A stretch of DNA of 64,000 nt from an uncultured cyanobacterium. GTDB taxonomy: Bacteria; Cyanobacteriota; Cyanobacteriia; Cyanobacteriales; Microcystaceae. The first letter of the stretch is position 1. Each line of letters opens with the position of its first letter. Below are positions 31,481 to 42,736 of this stretch, piece by piece. Position numbers and translations under genes: made by a program. Location of the stretch: assembly GCA_963807635.1 (NCBI GenBank), contig CAWEDJ010000075.1:32001-96000 (forward strand), given 5' to 3'. Under the pieces are notes generated by a model, which saw nothing but the letters and a program-made list of their open reading frames with translations, made no database searches and had not been told where the DNA came from.

Positions 31481-34400
31481 CTAACTACCGCCAATTCTTG
31501 CTACATCTCGCGCATTCTCCTCAAACGCCGCATTAAGGGCATCATCCCCACTTAAACCAGCCTCCAACGCATTCTTAATCGCCTGGAGAACCCGCTTATA
31601 ATCCTTCGGCATCACCTTCACAAACTTAGGAATCATCGACTCCCAATCCGCCAGAACAGCCTGAGCTTTTTCACTCTGGGTATAGGTGACATGGCTTTGA
31701 ATCAGATCATAAAGATCCTGGATTTCTTCGGGGTCTTCCAAAGATTCCAAACCCACCATCGACTGATTACAACGAGTCGCAAAATCTCCCGACTCATCGA
31801 GGATATAGGCCACACCGCCACTCATCCCCGCCGCAAAATTACGACCCGTCAAGCCAAGGACAACAACCTTACCGCCCGTCATGTATTCGCAACCGTGATC
31901 ACCGACAGCTTCCACCACCGTATTGACCCCCGAATTACGAACCCCAAAACGTTCGCCCGCCATCCCTGCAATATAGGCCTCACCACTGGTTGCACCGTAT
32001 AACGCCACATTGCCAATGATGATATTTTCCGACGCGGCAAAAGTGGAACCCACAGGCGGATAAACAATCAACTTACCACCGCTTAAACCCTTGCCCAGAT
32101 AGTCGTTGGCATCGCCTTCTAGTTCGAGGGTGACACCTTTCGGCACAAAGGCTCCAAAACTTTGACCCGCACTGCCTTGGAAGTGCAGATGGATGGTGTC
32201 TTCGGGTAAGCCTTCCCAGTTACGTTTGGTGATTTCATTGCCGACAATAGTTCCTACCACGCGGTTAATGTTTTTGATGGGTAAAGTGGCTTTGACTTTT
32301 TCACCCTTTTCGATCGCAGGTTTACAGAGATCTAATAACGTGGTGATGTCCAAAGACTTCTCTAAACCATGATCCTGAGCCATTTGGCAATAACGACCGA
32401 CTTCGGCCAACTTCGGGCTGGTACAGAATGGCCGAGAGATCAATCCCCTTGGCTTTCCAATGGTCAACGGCCTTTTTCGGCTCCAGAATATCGGTGCGAC
32501 CGACCATTTCGGTAAGCGTGCGGAAACCCAATTGGGCCATGATTTCTCGCATCTCTGTGGCGATAAAAGTCATAAAATTCACCGCATGGGCAGGATCGCC
32601 TGTGAATTTAGCCCGTAATTCGGGGTTTTGAGTGGCAATTCCTACTGGACAGGTATTGAGATGACAAACCCGCATCATAATACAACCGAGAGAAACTAGG
32701 GGAGCCGTCGAAAAACCAAATTCCTCTGCACCGAGTAAGGCCCCGATGATCACATCCCGTCCCGTTTTCATTTGACCATCGGTTTCGACTACAATCCGCG
32801 ATCGCAGATTATTGAGAACGAGGGTTTGATGGGTTTCAGCCAGTCCCAATTCCCAGGGTAATCCTGCGTGTTTAATCGAAGTTTGGGGAGAAGCTCCAGT
32901 TCCACCGTCATAGCCTGAAATTAAGACCACATCCGCATGGGCTTTGGCTACACCCGTCGCGATCGTTCCCACACCGACTTCAGAAACCAATTTGACGTTA
33001 ATGCGAGCCGCACGATTGGCATTTTTCAGATCATGAATCAACTCGGCTAAATCTTCAATGGAATAAATATCGTGGTGGGGCGGGGGCGAAATTAAACCCA
33101 CACCAGGGAGTCGAGTGGCGCACCTTGGCAATCCAGGGATAGACTTTTTTGCCTGGTAATTGACCGCCTTCCCCTGGTTTCGCGCCCTGGGCCATTTTGA
33201 TTTGGATTTCCTGGGCTTGGAGAGATACAGACTGGTTACCCCAAAGCGTCCCGATGCGACTTGTTTAATGGCACTATTTTTCGAGTCGCCCTGTTCATTT
33301 GTCCAGGTATAACGTTCAGGATCTTCACCCCCTTCGCCTGTGTTGGATTTACCACCGATTCGATTCATCGCGATCGCCAAGGATTCGTGGGCTTCCTTGG
33401 AAATAGACCCGTAACTCATGGCTCCCGTTTTAAAACGTTTCATGATCGCTTCAATGGGTTCCACTTCTTCGAGAGGAATGGGTTCCCGTTGCTTGAAGTC
33501 TAGTAAACCGCGCAGGGTATAGAATTTTTTGTCCTGTTCATTCACCAGCTTGGCATACTCTTTATAAACCGCGTAATTGCCTTCTCGCACCGCTTTTTGC
33601 AGATTATGGATAGTCTGGGGATTGAAAAGATGTTCTTCTCCATCCTTACGCCACTGATATTCACCGCCCACATCCAGGGACTGAATATCCCCCAAATGGT
33701 CGGGAAAAGCGTGTTGATGACGTAATACCGCTTCTTTGGTCAGAATATCAATGTCTGAACCCGCAATGCGCGATGCTGTCCAGGTAAAATATTTATCAAT
33801 CACGGATTTATTTAAACCGATCGCCTCAAAAATTTGTGCGCCGCGATAACTTTGGATAGTAGAAATCCCAATTTTAGAGGCAACTTTAATCACGCCCTTG
33901 GTTGCCGCTTTGATGTAATTTTTACAAGCCGTATAATAATCTACGCCTGGCAATAAACCATCGGCAATCATGCCCTCAAAGGTTTCAAACACCATATAGG
34001 GATTGATCGCACCGCAACCATAGCCAATCAAGACAGCATGGTGATGAACTTCACGGGGTTCGCCTGATTCTAAAACCAGACCAACACGGGTACGAGTTCC
34101 AACCCGAATTAAATGGTGATGTAAGCCCGAAACTGCGAGTAAAGCAGGAATAGCCGCTTTGTCCGCACTCACTCCTCGGTCAGACAGAATGATAATATTC
34201 ATGCCCTCCGCGATCGCCTGATTAGCCTGACTGCATAGATCATCAATAACCGATTCCAAACCCTGACTACCTTGCTTGGGATCGAATAAAATTGGCAAGG
34301 TAATTGATTTAAATTCTCCCCCTTTACTATCAGCGTTGCCCCCCTTATCAAGGGGGGTTAGGGGGGATCCCAACGCTTTCAATTTAGCCAACTCTTCATT

Positions 34401-36130
34401 GGTAATAATGGGCGTTTTTAACTCAATTAAATGGCAACTTTGAGGCGTAGGATTTAACAAATTTCCTTCGGAACCAATGGTCGTATCAGGAGAGGTAATA
34501 ATTTCTTCCCGAATCGAGTCAATAGGCGGATTGGTGACTTGAGCAAATAACTGTTGGAAGTAGTTATAAAGTAATTTCGGCTTATCCGACAAAACGGCGA
34601 TCGGCGTATCTGCACCCATTGAACCCGTTGCTTCTACCCCATCGCGGGCCATGGGCGTTAATAAAATCCGCAAATCTTCAAAGGTATAACCAAAGGCCAG
34701 TTGACGTTGTAACAGCGATAAATCCGTCTGCTCTAAGGCCGTTTGCCCATCCCCAGGCAATTGATCCAAAGAAACTAGATTTTCTTGCAACCATTCACTG
34801 TAGGGATGCTCAGAGATGATTTTTGCTTTAACTTCATCATCTGCAATAATCCTTCCTTCCTTGGTATCAACCAGAAACATTTTGCCAGGTTGCAAACGAC
34901 CCTTGGACAAAACTCGTTCGGGTTCAATCGGTAAAACCCCCGCTTCCGAAGCCATGATCACTAAATCATCTTTCGTCACGTAATAACGGGAAGGGCGTAA
35001 ACCATTCCGATCCAAGACTGCACCCATCATCGTGCCATCGGTAAAGGCGATCGCGGCGGGGCGATCCAGGGTTCCATCAAACAGGAATGATATTTATAAA
35101 ACGCCTTTTTTTCTGCACTCATGGACTCATGGGCTGTCCAGGGTTCTGGAATCATCATCATCACCGCATGGGGCAAGGAACGACCCGATAAATAGAGTAA
35201 TTCCAACGCATTATCAAAAATAGTCGAGTCACTCCCTGCCACATTGATCACAGGTTTCGCCTTTTCCATGTCTTCTCCAAAAAGCGGCGACTCAAACAGG
35301 GCTTGACGAGCGTGCATCCAATTGGTATTTCCCCGCATGGTATTGATTTCCCCATTATGGGCAATGTAGCGGTAGGGGTGTGATCGCTCCCAACTAGGGA
35401 AAGTGTTGGTACTAAAACGGGAATGAACTAGGGCCAAAGCACTTTCCATCTCAGGATCATGCAATTCAGGATAATAATCGCCCACCTGCACAGGCATTAA
35501 CATCCCTTTATAGACCAGAGTTCGGGCAGAAAGACTGGAAATATACCAAAAATTATCAATATTAGTGGCACGAATCTCCGTATGGGCCAGTTTACGGATG
35601 ATAAATAATTTACGCTCAAAGTCCAGATCATCACTCAGTTCCGAGGGACGAGCGATAAAAACCTGCTGCATAAAGGGTTCACTGGCCTTAGCTGTTTCTC
35701 CCAGGGAAGCATTATTGGTCGGCACATTCCGCCATCCCAATACCTTTAACCCTTCTTTTTTAGCTAAATTCTCAAACAGTTGTCGTCCTTCTTCCCTGGC
35801 AACGCGATCGGGAGAACTATAAACATTCCCCACACCGTATTGTCCAAATTCAGGGAGTGTAAAACCTTCTGCGATCGCCTTTTTTGCTAAAAATTTATGG
35901 GGAACCTGCATCAAAATTCCCGCTCCATCCCCCGTATTCGCTTCACAACCGCACGCGCCACGATGATCCAGATTGAGCAAAATGGTCAACGCCTGTTCCA
36001 CAATGTCGTGGGATTGCTTTCCTTTGATATGAACAATAAAGCCGACACCACAAGCATCATGCTCGAACTGTGGATCATAAAGTCCTTGTTGGGCGGGCGG
36101 TAAAATTTGGGTATTAGCTAGATTGTTCAT
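31481..36130 (-). CDS. gltB: glutamate synthase large subunit, at least four frameshifts
   Basis: EHDACGVG GATase start, [38 protein letters not shown] domain, C-terminal [13 protein letters not shown]. Breaks near 35060, 33220, 33105 and 32400. Confidence 0.93.
34316..34370. repeat. CCCCCTT-n-AAGGGGG repeat inserted in frame in gltB
   Basis: CCCCCCTTATCAAGGGGGGTTAGGGGGGATC, same family as 21060-21110. Encodes [19 protein letters not shown]. Confidence 0.85.
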
Positions 36131-36337
36131 AGATTTTCAATCATATACGTCTGTTGTGAGCAAGCCATTGGTAGGGGTAGGGGCAAAAGTCGGGCGATGC
36201 CTGTCCCCTAGTCTTAGAATTGTAACGGGCGTGAATCGGAAAAGCCAGATCTGCTTAATGAAACTATTAAGTTTTCTTGAAATTTGCGGCGTTAATGGGC
36301 TAAACGGTATCAAATTTAACCAAAAAATCAACCTTCT

Positions 36338-36360
36338 GTAGGGGCGCATTGCGTGCGCCC
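36338..36360 (+). repeat. REP upstream of RAYT
   Basis: GTAGGGGCGCATTGCGTGCGCCC, the exact reverse complement of 36687-36709. Confidence 0.85.
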
Positions 36361-36378
36361 TATTGACAAAAATCTGTC

Positions 36379-36966
36379 ATGAAATTCGATCCAGAAAAAC
36401 ATCATCGTCGTTCTATTCGTCTTAGAAATTACAATTATTCCCAGCCAGGATATTATTTTTTAACTATCTGCACTTATAAAAAACAATGTTGGTTTGGAGA
36501 AATTAAAAATGATCGAATGCACCTTAATCAAATCGGAAAAATTGTTATGGAGGAATGGTTAAATACACCTAAAATTAGACAAAATTTTCAATTAGATTAA
36601 TGGATTATTATGCCTAATCATTTACACGGTATTGTGATTATTAATGAGAATATTTTAAAATCAGGTGAGGAGAATATACATCTTTTGGGCGCACGCAATG
36701 CGCCCCTACGGCAGGAACCGAATTCTATTTCGTCTTTTGTTGCGGGATTTAAATCGGCTGTTACCAAACGGATCAATTTGTTACGAAATAATCGAGATAT
36801 TCCCATTTGGCAAAGAAATTATTATGAATCAATTATTCGAGATGAACAATCATTAATAGCGATTCAGAAATATATTTTGAATAATTCTTTTCACTGGGAA
36901 AAAGACCCTGATAATCCAAAAAATGATCCATCAGAGCAATTATTAAATTTGGATTTATATTTTTGA
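36379..36966 (+). mobile_element. REP-associated tyrosine (Y1/HUH) transposase, RAYT, with in-frame TAA at 36598-36600
   Basis: HHRRSIRL, YFLTICT, MPNHLHG HUH motif, FKS, WQRNYYESIIR, YILNN. The two ORFs are in the same frame. Confidence 0.88.
36687..36709 (-). repeat. REP inside the RAYT coding sequence
   Basis: GGGCGCACGCAATGCGCCCCTAC, encodes GARNAPL. Confidence 0.85.
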
Positions 36967-37050
36967 AGATGATCGCTATTTTGAATTTAGCCAATGAGAA
37001 GCGATCGCGAAAATCGTTCAATAACAATTCCTTAATCCATTATAAATTAT

Positions 37051-37460
37051 TTAATTGTCTGTAAAAAGTCCACTGGAACCCATCGTTTGACAATAATGAA
37101 GGAAAGATAGAAAATCTGTTTCGCAGTCGATCGCAATAATCCTAGCTCCAATTTCGTCGTACTGTTCATTGCGAACCTTGCGCCAGACAGGATGAACCGT
37201 CACTTTAACTTCAGGTAATGACTCGGTATCACCCCGCTTGAGAATAATAGAAAAAGAGTCTTCCTGGGCCAAGTATTCGGTAAACTAAGACAAATGCCCG
37301 TTTCCGTTATATCAAAAGAGACACCGACAAAATGACCAGATTCATCTAGAATTTGGCAAAATGCTAGAACTCTCTCTACTTTTCGCCGTTCTTGCATCCG
37401 TTGCTCAAATTCAAATTGAGATAAGGAATCGTTTGCGTGGGGGGCTAGCTGCTCATTCAT
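37051..37460 (-). CDS. PilZ-domain protein, one frameshift near 37270
   Basis: ERRKVER and DITETG c-di-GMP motifs. The second ORF supplies VW...EIG. Confidence 0.75.
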
Positions 37461-37729
37461 AATTCAGTTATACCTCGATAAAGCCGATAGTTTTAATCTC
37501 AAAATTGTGATGATAATTCCTATTATGCAATCTAAGTCAAGGACTTTCATGTGATATAGATCATGAGTTAGTCCTTAAGGATTGAACCTCGGAGATGGAT
37601 TTAGCGTCTCAAGATCTGAGGAAACCCAATTATCTCGTCTTTAAGGGGAAATCCAACCATCAATTTCTGATTAATTTTAATAGTCTCACCGCCCGTTCAA
37701 CCTGTGATTTTCAGTCGAGCCTGATTCCC

Positions 37730-38716
37730 ATGTTTCAATTTCAGATCCAAAACGATAGCGATATTTCGGCTTCTAAACAACTTTTTGACCAGATTCGCTT
37801 TGCGATCGCCTGCCGTCAGTATTCTCCTGGTCATCGTTTACCCAGTACCCGCCAATTGGCCATGATCACTGGTTTACACCGCAACACCATTAGCAAAGTT
37901 TACCAACAACTGGAAGAATCGGGACTAGTGGAATCGATCGCGGGGTCGGGCATTTATGTGAAAGTACAAAACCAGGAAAACAAAGTCGCTTCCCTAGATT
38001 CTCCAATTTTTCAGCAATACCCTGAAGCCAGTCAGCTTATCCAAAAAAATCTGGATGAATTGTTACTCAAAGGATTAAGTTTGTCCCAGGTGCGGGAATT
38101 ATTTCTGGCAACCATCGATTGGCGATTGCGTTCTATGGCCAAGGTTTTGGTGACAACTCCCCAACGAGATTTTGGGGCGGGAGAATTAATTTTGCAGGAA
38201 TTGGAGCAATTTCTCGATATTCCTGTGCAATTAGTCCCAATGGAGGAGTTGAGCCACACGCTTTCTGAAACCCAATCGGGAACGGTGGTAACGAGTCGTT
38301 ATTTTCTGGCAGAGGCCGAATCTCTGGCGGCTCCCTTTGGTATTCGGGTCATTCCTGTGGATATTTACGATTACAGTAAGGAATTAGCCATGATCAAAAA
38401 ATTACCCAAGGATACTTGCTTAGGCGTGGTGAGTCTCAGTCCTGGTATTTTAAGCATTGCCGAAATTTTGATCCATAGTCTGCGGGGGGAAGAGATTTTT
38501 GTTAAGTGTGCCCAGGTCAGCGATCGCTTAAAATTAAGAACCGTCGTCCGTTCTGCCCGCATCATTCTGTCCGATCTCGCCAGTCATCCCTTGGTTATGC
38601 AAGCGATCGCCGAAAATCGAGATGATTTAATTCGTTTCCCTGAAGTGATTTGTAGTGAACCCTACATCGGCGAAAAATCGATTAATACCTTAAAATTAGA
38701 GCTAGGATTAGGATAA
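37730..38716 (+). CDS. plmA: GntR-family regulator PlmA
   Basis: IQNDSDISASKQL, RLPSTRQLAMITGLHRNTISKVY, GSGIYV, C-terminal LELGLG. Confidence 0.88.
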   Translation: MFQFQIQNDSDISASKQLFDQIRFAIACRQYSPGHRLPSTRQLAMITGLHRNTISKVYQQLEESGLVESIAGSGIYVKVQNQENKVASLDSPIFQQYPEASQLIQKNLDELLLKGLSLSQVRELFLATIDWRLRSMAKVLVTTPQRDFGAGELILQELEQFLDIPVQLVPMEELSHTLSETQSGTVVTSRYFLAEAESLAAPFGIRVIPVDIYDYSKELAMIKKLPKDTCLGVVSLSPGILSIAEILIHSLRGEEIFVKCAQVSDRLKLRTVVRSARIILSDLASHPLVMQAIAENRDDLIRFPEVICSEPYIGEKSINTLKLELGLG

Positions 38717-38726
38717 GTAAAAAAAA

Positions 38727-39407
38727 ATGGCTCAGGGTGACCAAATCTACGTTTATCGAGAACTCCTGAATTTAGAAGGGGTCTATGAACATCATGGCAT
38801 TGATTGCGGTGATGGGACGGTGATTCATTATCGTAAACCCAGCGAAACGATTGAACGGACGAGTTGGCAGGTTTTTAAACGGGGAAATCCGATTTATCGC
38901 AAAAAGCATGAGCAACAATTTTGTTTTTTACCCGATATCGTTATTAATCGAGCCGAAAGTCGTTTAGGAGAACAAAAATATCATTTACTATTCAATAATT
39001 GCGAACATTTTGCGAACTGGTGTAAAACAGGTATCAGCGAAAGCAAACAAATTCGGGACTTTTTACCCTTTATTACCCAATTAAATCCAGAAAAATTACC
39101 CCAGTTTTTCCAGGAAGTTTTTAAAGATAGTGATCCCGATAAGGCTCAACGCTTGCTCAAGGATGCCCTCGGTGATTTAAAAGAAGTTTGGGACGACATT
39201 CAGCCCCGCTATCAATCCGCTCGTTTGGAATCCGCTAGTTGGCAACGGGTCGCTCAGGAAGCATTAAAGGGCGATCGCGAAGATCTGGCGCGGGCTGCGA
39301 TCGCTAAAAAACAGGATTATCAACGGCAAGCCGATCAATTTGAAACCCAATTAAAAGAGTTGGGTCTGCTCACCGAAAAAATTTTGAAACAGACCTTGTT
39401 ACCCTGA
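38727..39407 (+). CDS. LRAT/NC-domain protein with PspA/IM30-like C-terminal coiled coil
   Basis: YEHHGID.GDGTVIHY, YHLLFNNCEHFA, then WQRVAQEALKGDREDLARAAIAKK. Confidence 0.8.
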   Translation: MAQGDQIYVYRELLNLEGVYEHHGIDCGDGTVIHYRKPSETIERTSWQVFKRGNPIYRKKHEQQFCFLPDIVINRAESRLGEQKYHLLFNNCEHFANWCKTGISESKQIRDFLPFITQLNPEKLPQFFQEVFKDSDPDKAQRLLKDALGDLKEVWDDIQPRYQSARLESASWQRVAQEALKGDREDLARAAIAKKQDYQRQADQFETQLKELGLLTEKILKQTLLP

Positions 39408-39451
39408 GAATAGTTTCTTATCAGAAAATTTTTAAACAAGTTTCAAGTTAC

Positions 39452-39600
39452 CGCTGTTCTATCACTCTAGAGAGAAAATAGATAGAAACCACAAGGAAAA
39501 ATTATCTTCAACAGAGAATTTGTTAGTTTACTTAACTGGAAGAATAAACGGCAAAATACTCGCAGAATTTGAGGTGTAAAAATTACGACTAACCAAGGTT
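39452..39600 (-). mobile_element. 3' remnant of an IS701-like element, inverted copy
   Basis: Reverse complement is about 90% identical to 40919-41068. Confidence 0.75.
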
Positions 39601-40665
39601 TACAGCAAATTTCGTTCAAACCCGCTACAAGTATGGTAACATGAAAAAAACTTAAAAAAATTAATGAGATATGGCAGCATATTCGCTAGATTTACGCCAA
39701 AGAATACTAACGGCATGGCAAAACCAAGAAAATACTCAAAGAGGTTTAGCAAAACGATTTAAGGTTAGCTTATCTTTCGTTCGCGATTTTTTACGTCGGT
39801 ATCGACAAACAAATGAAATAGCACCCAAACCCCAAGGGGGAGATCGCCGTTCAAAGATAAAGGGTGAAGACGAAGAATTATTAAAAAAAATAGTTGCAGA
39901 ACAAAATGATATATATTTACGAGAAATCCAAGAAAAATTGCAACAAGAGAAAGGAATAGAAGTAAGTATATCGGGGGTAAGTCGAACTCTTACACGTTTA
40001 GAATTAGGGCGTAAAAAAAAAACATTAGTAGCAAGTGAGCAAGGCACAGAAAAGGTTAAAGAATCGCGTTATGAATTTAGACGTTGGCTAGAGACGATAG
40101 ATATAAGAAACCTGATATTCATTGATGAGACGGGTCTTAATCTAGCGATGGTAAGACTCTATGCGCGTTGTCTGGGAGGAGAAAGGGTTTATGATGAGCG
40201 TCCAGGAAATAAAGGACAAAACATCACTTTAATTGGGGCGATGAGTGATGAAGGTTTGATTGCCTCAATGACCTTTCCTGGCAGTCTAAATACCGATAGT
40301 TTTTTAGTCTTTATTGAGCAAGTATTATTACCTCAGTTATGGGCAGGGGCAATTGTCGTGATGGATAATTTGTCTGTACATTACGCTACCGTCACTACAA
40401 ATCTGATTGAATCTGTTGGAGCCAAGGTTAAATTTTTACCTTCCTATTCGCCAGATTTATCACCAATTGAGTTGTGTTGGTCTAAATTAAAAGAAATTAT
40501 TCGCTCTGCTAAAGCTCGAACAATCGAGGCTCTTGACGAAGCTATTACTAATGCGATCAATACCATTACTGATGAAAATGCTCTTGATTGGTTCCAACAT
40601 TGTGGTCTCTATTTTGAGCCTTTGAGATAGCTTTTTTGTAGTGCGTTTGATCGGAAATTGCTGTA
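39601..40665 (+). mobile_element. IS630-family insertion sequence (transposase 39671-40630)
   Basis: AYSLDLR HTH, FIDETG, VMDNLSVH, LPSYSPDLSPIE. IRs TACAGCAAATTTCGTTCAAACCCGCTACA and TGTAGTGCGTTTGATCGGAAATTGCTGTA, with TA ends. Confidence 0.95.
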
Positions 40666-41068
40666 GGATGGGCAGATTTTCGAGTAACAGAATATAAAAA
40701 AATTGAAAAGTGGTGGGAACTGGTCATGAGTGCTTACTTAATGGTGAGTCTTCAATCAGAAGCCTTGAACAAATCCAGAAAACCTCCTGATACATTAGCT
40801 GAATCTGCTCAAGAAGAAATGCAGAAACACCCAAAATGGAATAAGGGAAAGGGCTGGAAAAATACCCTCAATAATTTACGATTGTTTATTCAGCCATTAT
40901 GTTACTTCAATCTGCTTAAACCTTGGTTAGTCGTGATTTTTACTCCTCAAATACTGCGAGTATTTTGTCGTCTATTCTTCCAGTTAAGTAAACTAACAAA
41001 TTCTCTGTTGGAGATGATTTTTCCGCGTGATTTCTATCTATCTTCTGCCTAGATTGATAGAACAGCGC
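40666..41068 (+). mobile_element. 3' part of an IS701-like transposase, truncated by IS630
   Basis: GWADFRVTEYKKIEKWWELVMSAYLMVSL...HPKWNKGKGWKNTLNNLRL begins right at the IS630 TA. Confidence 0.75.
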
Positions 41069-41108
41069 TAAATAGCGATCGCATAGTGTCACTCTTGTGA
41101 TCGCAGTT

Positions 41109-41348
41109 TTAGGGATTAGGGAAAAAACCAAACTTAATAATGGCTCCTACTACGGCAACGATGAGAACCCAAATTTGCGATCGCTGGCTCCCTCTTAAAT
41201 CTTTGACATCTTCTTTAACCGTTGTGACATAAGCTTTTAGGGTTGCTATATCAATTTTTATTGTGGTTACATCGCTTTCAATAGCTCCCAATCTTTTATC
41301 AATTCGGTCTAGGATTTCCTTAAGGTCGGTTTCAATCGTGGTTGCCAT
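41109..41348 (-). CDS. small coiled-coil protein with C-terminal TM anchor
   Basis: Heptad-rich body, QIWVLIVAVVGAII tail, AAGGA RBS. Confidence 0.75.
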   Translation of the reverse strand: MATTIETDLKEILDRIDKRLGAIESDVTTIKIDIATLKAYVTTVKEDVKDLRGSQRSQIWVLIVAVVGAIIKFGFFPNP

Positions 41349-41425
41349 GATGTATTATTCCTTTAAGTTTTTGATTGAAGGGAAAAGTTAGCCGCTTCTT
41401 TTTTCTATTTTATGGGTTAATTTAT
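41320..41425 (-). repeat. duplicated promoter/leader plus first codons, copy 1
   Basis: Leader about 90% identical to that in 41828-41933. Confidence 0.85.
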
Positions 41426-41556
41426 GGGAGCGAGGTTATGATCGCGTGGCGGTATTGGGCGATCGCACTAATTGGAATTTGTTCTAAAAAATATTTTCAT
41501 TTAAGCAAAAATAAGGTTGTGGCGATCGTACTTTTTCTAATGATTTTGATCGCAGT

Positions 41557-41856
41557 TTAAGGACGGATACCACCGCTTTTAAGAAACCAGCCGATAGTTC
41601 CCCCAATAGTTCCACTGAAGATCGAACTAATCATTGCAGTAGCGATAATCAAACCAATTTGTTTCCAGTTTTTGAGTTCTCCTACTTTTTCGGCTAGGTC
41701 TGGAATTTTCTGGAGATTAGGTTGTTGAGATTGTAGAGTGGCCTCTATTTTCCCAACACTAACTTTAAGGTCGGTTATTTCCGCATCAAGACGACTAAAG
41801 CCAGATGTAATTAAATCTTTTAATTCTTTAAGGTCGGTATCGGTGACGGTTGCCAT
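41557..41856 (-). CDS. small coiled-coil protein with C-terminal TM anchor
   Basis: MATVTDTDLKEL start resembles the neighbouring gene. LAEKVGELKNWKQIGLII tail. Confidence 0.75.
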   Translation of the reverse strand: MATVTDTDLKELKDLITSGFSRLDAEITDLKVSVGKIEATLQSQQPNLQKIPDLAEKVGELKNWKQIGLIIATAMISSIFSGTIGGTIGWFLKSGGIRP

Positions 41857-41933
41857 GATGTATGATTCCTTTCGTTTTTGATTGAAGGGAGAAGTTGGCC
41901 GCTTCTTTTTTCTATTTTATAGGGTAATCTATT
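41828..41933 (-). repeat. duplicated promoter/leader plus first codons, copy 2
   Basis: Aligns with 41320-41425. Confidence 0.85.
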
Positions 41934-41977
41934 ACATCGCGGCACTGTATAATCGCACTGCGCCAACTTATAACGCT

Positions 41978-42736
41978 CTATTTTTTTTCTCTGAGCTTGC
42001 GCTGGAATGCTCTGATGCTGTCTTTAATAATAGCGTTCAAATTGATACCTACACCTGCAATATTAGGCTTAAGTTCTAGCCATTCGGATTTATCAGCAAT
42101 ATCATCGGCAATCGCCTTTCGGGCTTTGGGTGGAATAATCTCGTAATCAAGCAGCTTGGATACGGCATTAGTTGAATCACAGTAATCTAAATACTCTGAA
42201 GCTTTTGCTGGCTCAAATACTTTTGCCTGTCCAAGAAGAATGAAAGAAAATGACTCCCATCTTGAAGAGAGACGCATAGTAGTCAGTGAAGTATTACAAG
42301 TCGTATCCCAAACAGTATCATACTGGTAATGTCTTTTCTTCTGCACCTCTGGGTTGGTTTTATCATATGGATCAACAATATGTAGCTCCGTAAACTTGAA
42401 GTTAGGAGGTAACACTAGATTGTAAAATCCACCAGATCCTTGTCGTGGAGAACCGACGGGAAGCCCCATGTGTTCCCAATAAAAATTTATAGCTGTTTCT
42501 GAATCATTTATTTGGAATTTTCTTAATTTTGTTTTTTGGATCTGAATTGAACAAGTTGATGCGTTGTAGACTCTTGATCCACCTATATTTATAGAATCTG
42601 AGCTATCAAACTCAATCTCAATGTCACGAAGACGATCAATAACGACCGAAGCATTATCGTCAAGTGGTGTAATTTTATACGTTGTAAGAACACCGTCAGG
42701 ACTTATGTAATCAATCAGGGCAACAGCTATGTACAT
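41978..42736 (-). CDS. hypothetical protein (accessory)
   Basis: 252-aa ORF, no HIP1 seen, C-terminal WLELKPNIAGVGINLNAII. Confidence 0.65.
   Translation of the reverse strand: MYIAVALIDYISPDGVLTTYKITPLDDNASVVIDRLRDIEIEFDSSDSINIGGSRVYNASTCSIQIQKTKLRKFQINDSETAINFYWEHMGLPVGSPRQGSGGFYNLVLPPNFKFTELHIVDPYDKTNPEVQKKRHYQYDTVWDTTCNTSLTTMRLSSRWESFSFILLGQAKVFEPAKASEYLDYCDSTNAVSKLLDYEIIPPKARKAIADDIADKSEWLELKPNIAGVGINLNAIIKDSIRAFQRKLREKK

Noticed and set aside
40013..40022. Programmed frameshift in the IS630 transposase at the A10 run
   Set aside because: The ORF is in frame as assembled, and homopolymer length is unreliable in this assembly.
41375..42079. Paired plus-strand ORFs starting MKGKVSRFFFLFY and MKGEVGRFFFLFY
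   Set aside because: They are antisense readings of the duplicated leader, with TTG starts and no similarity beyond the repeat.
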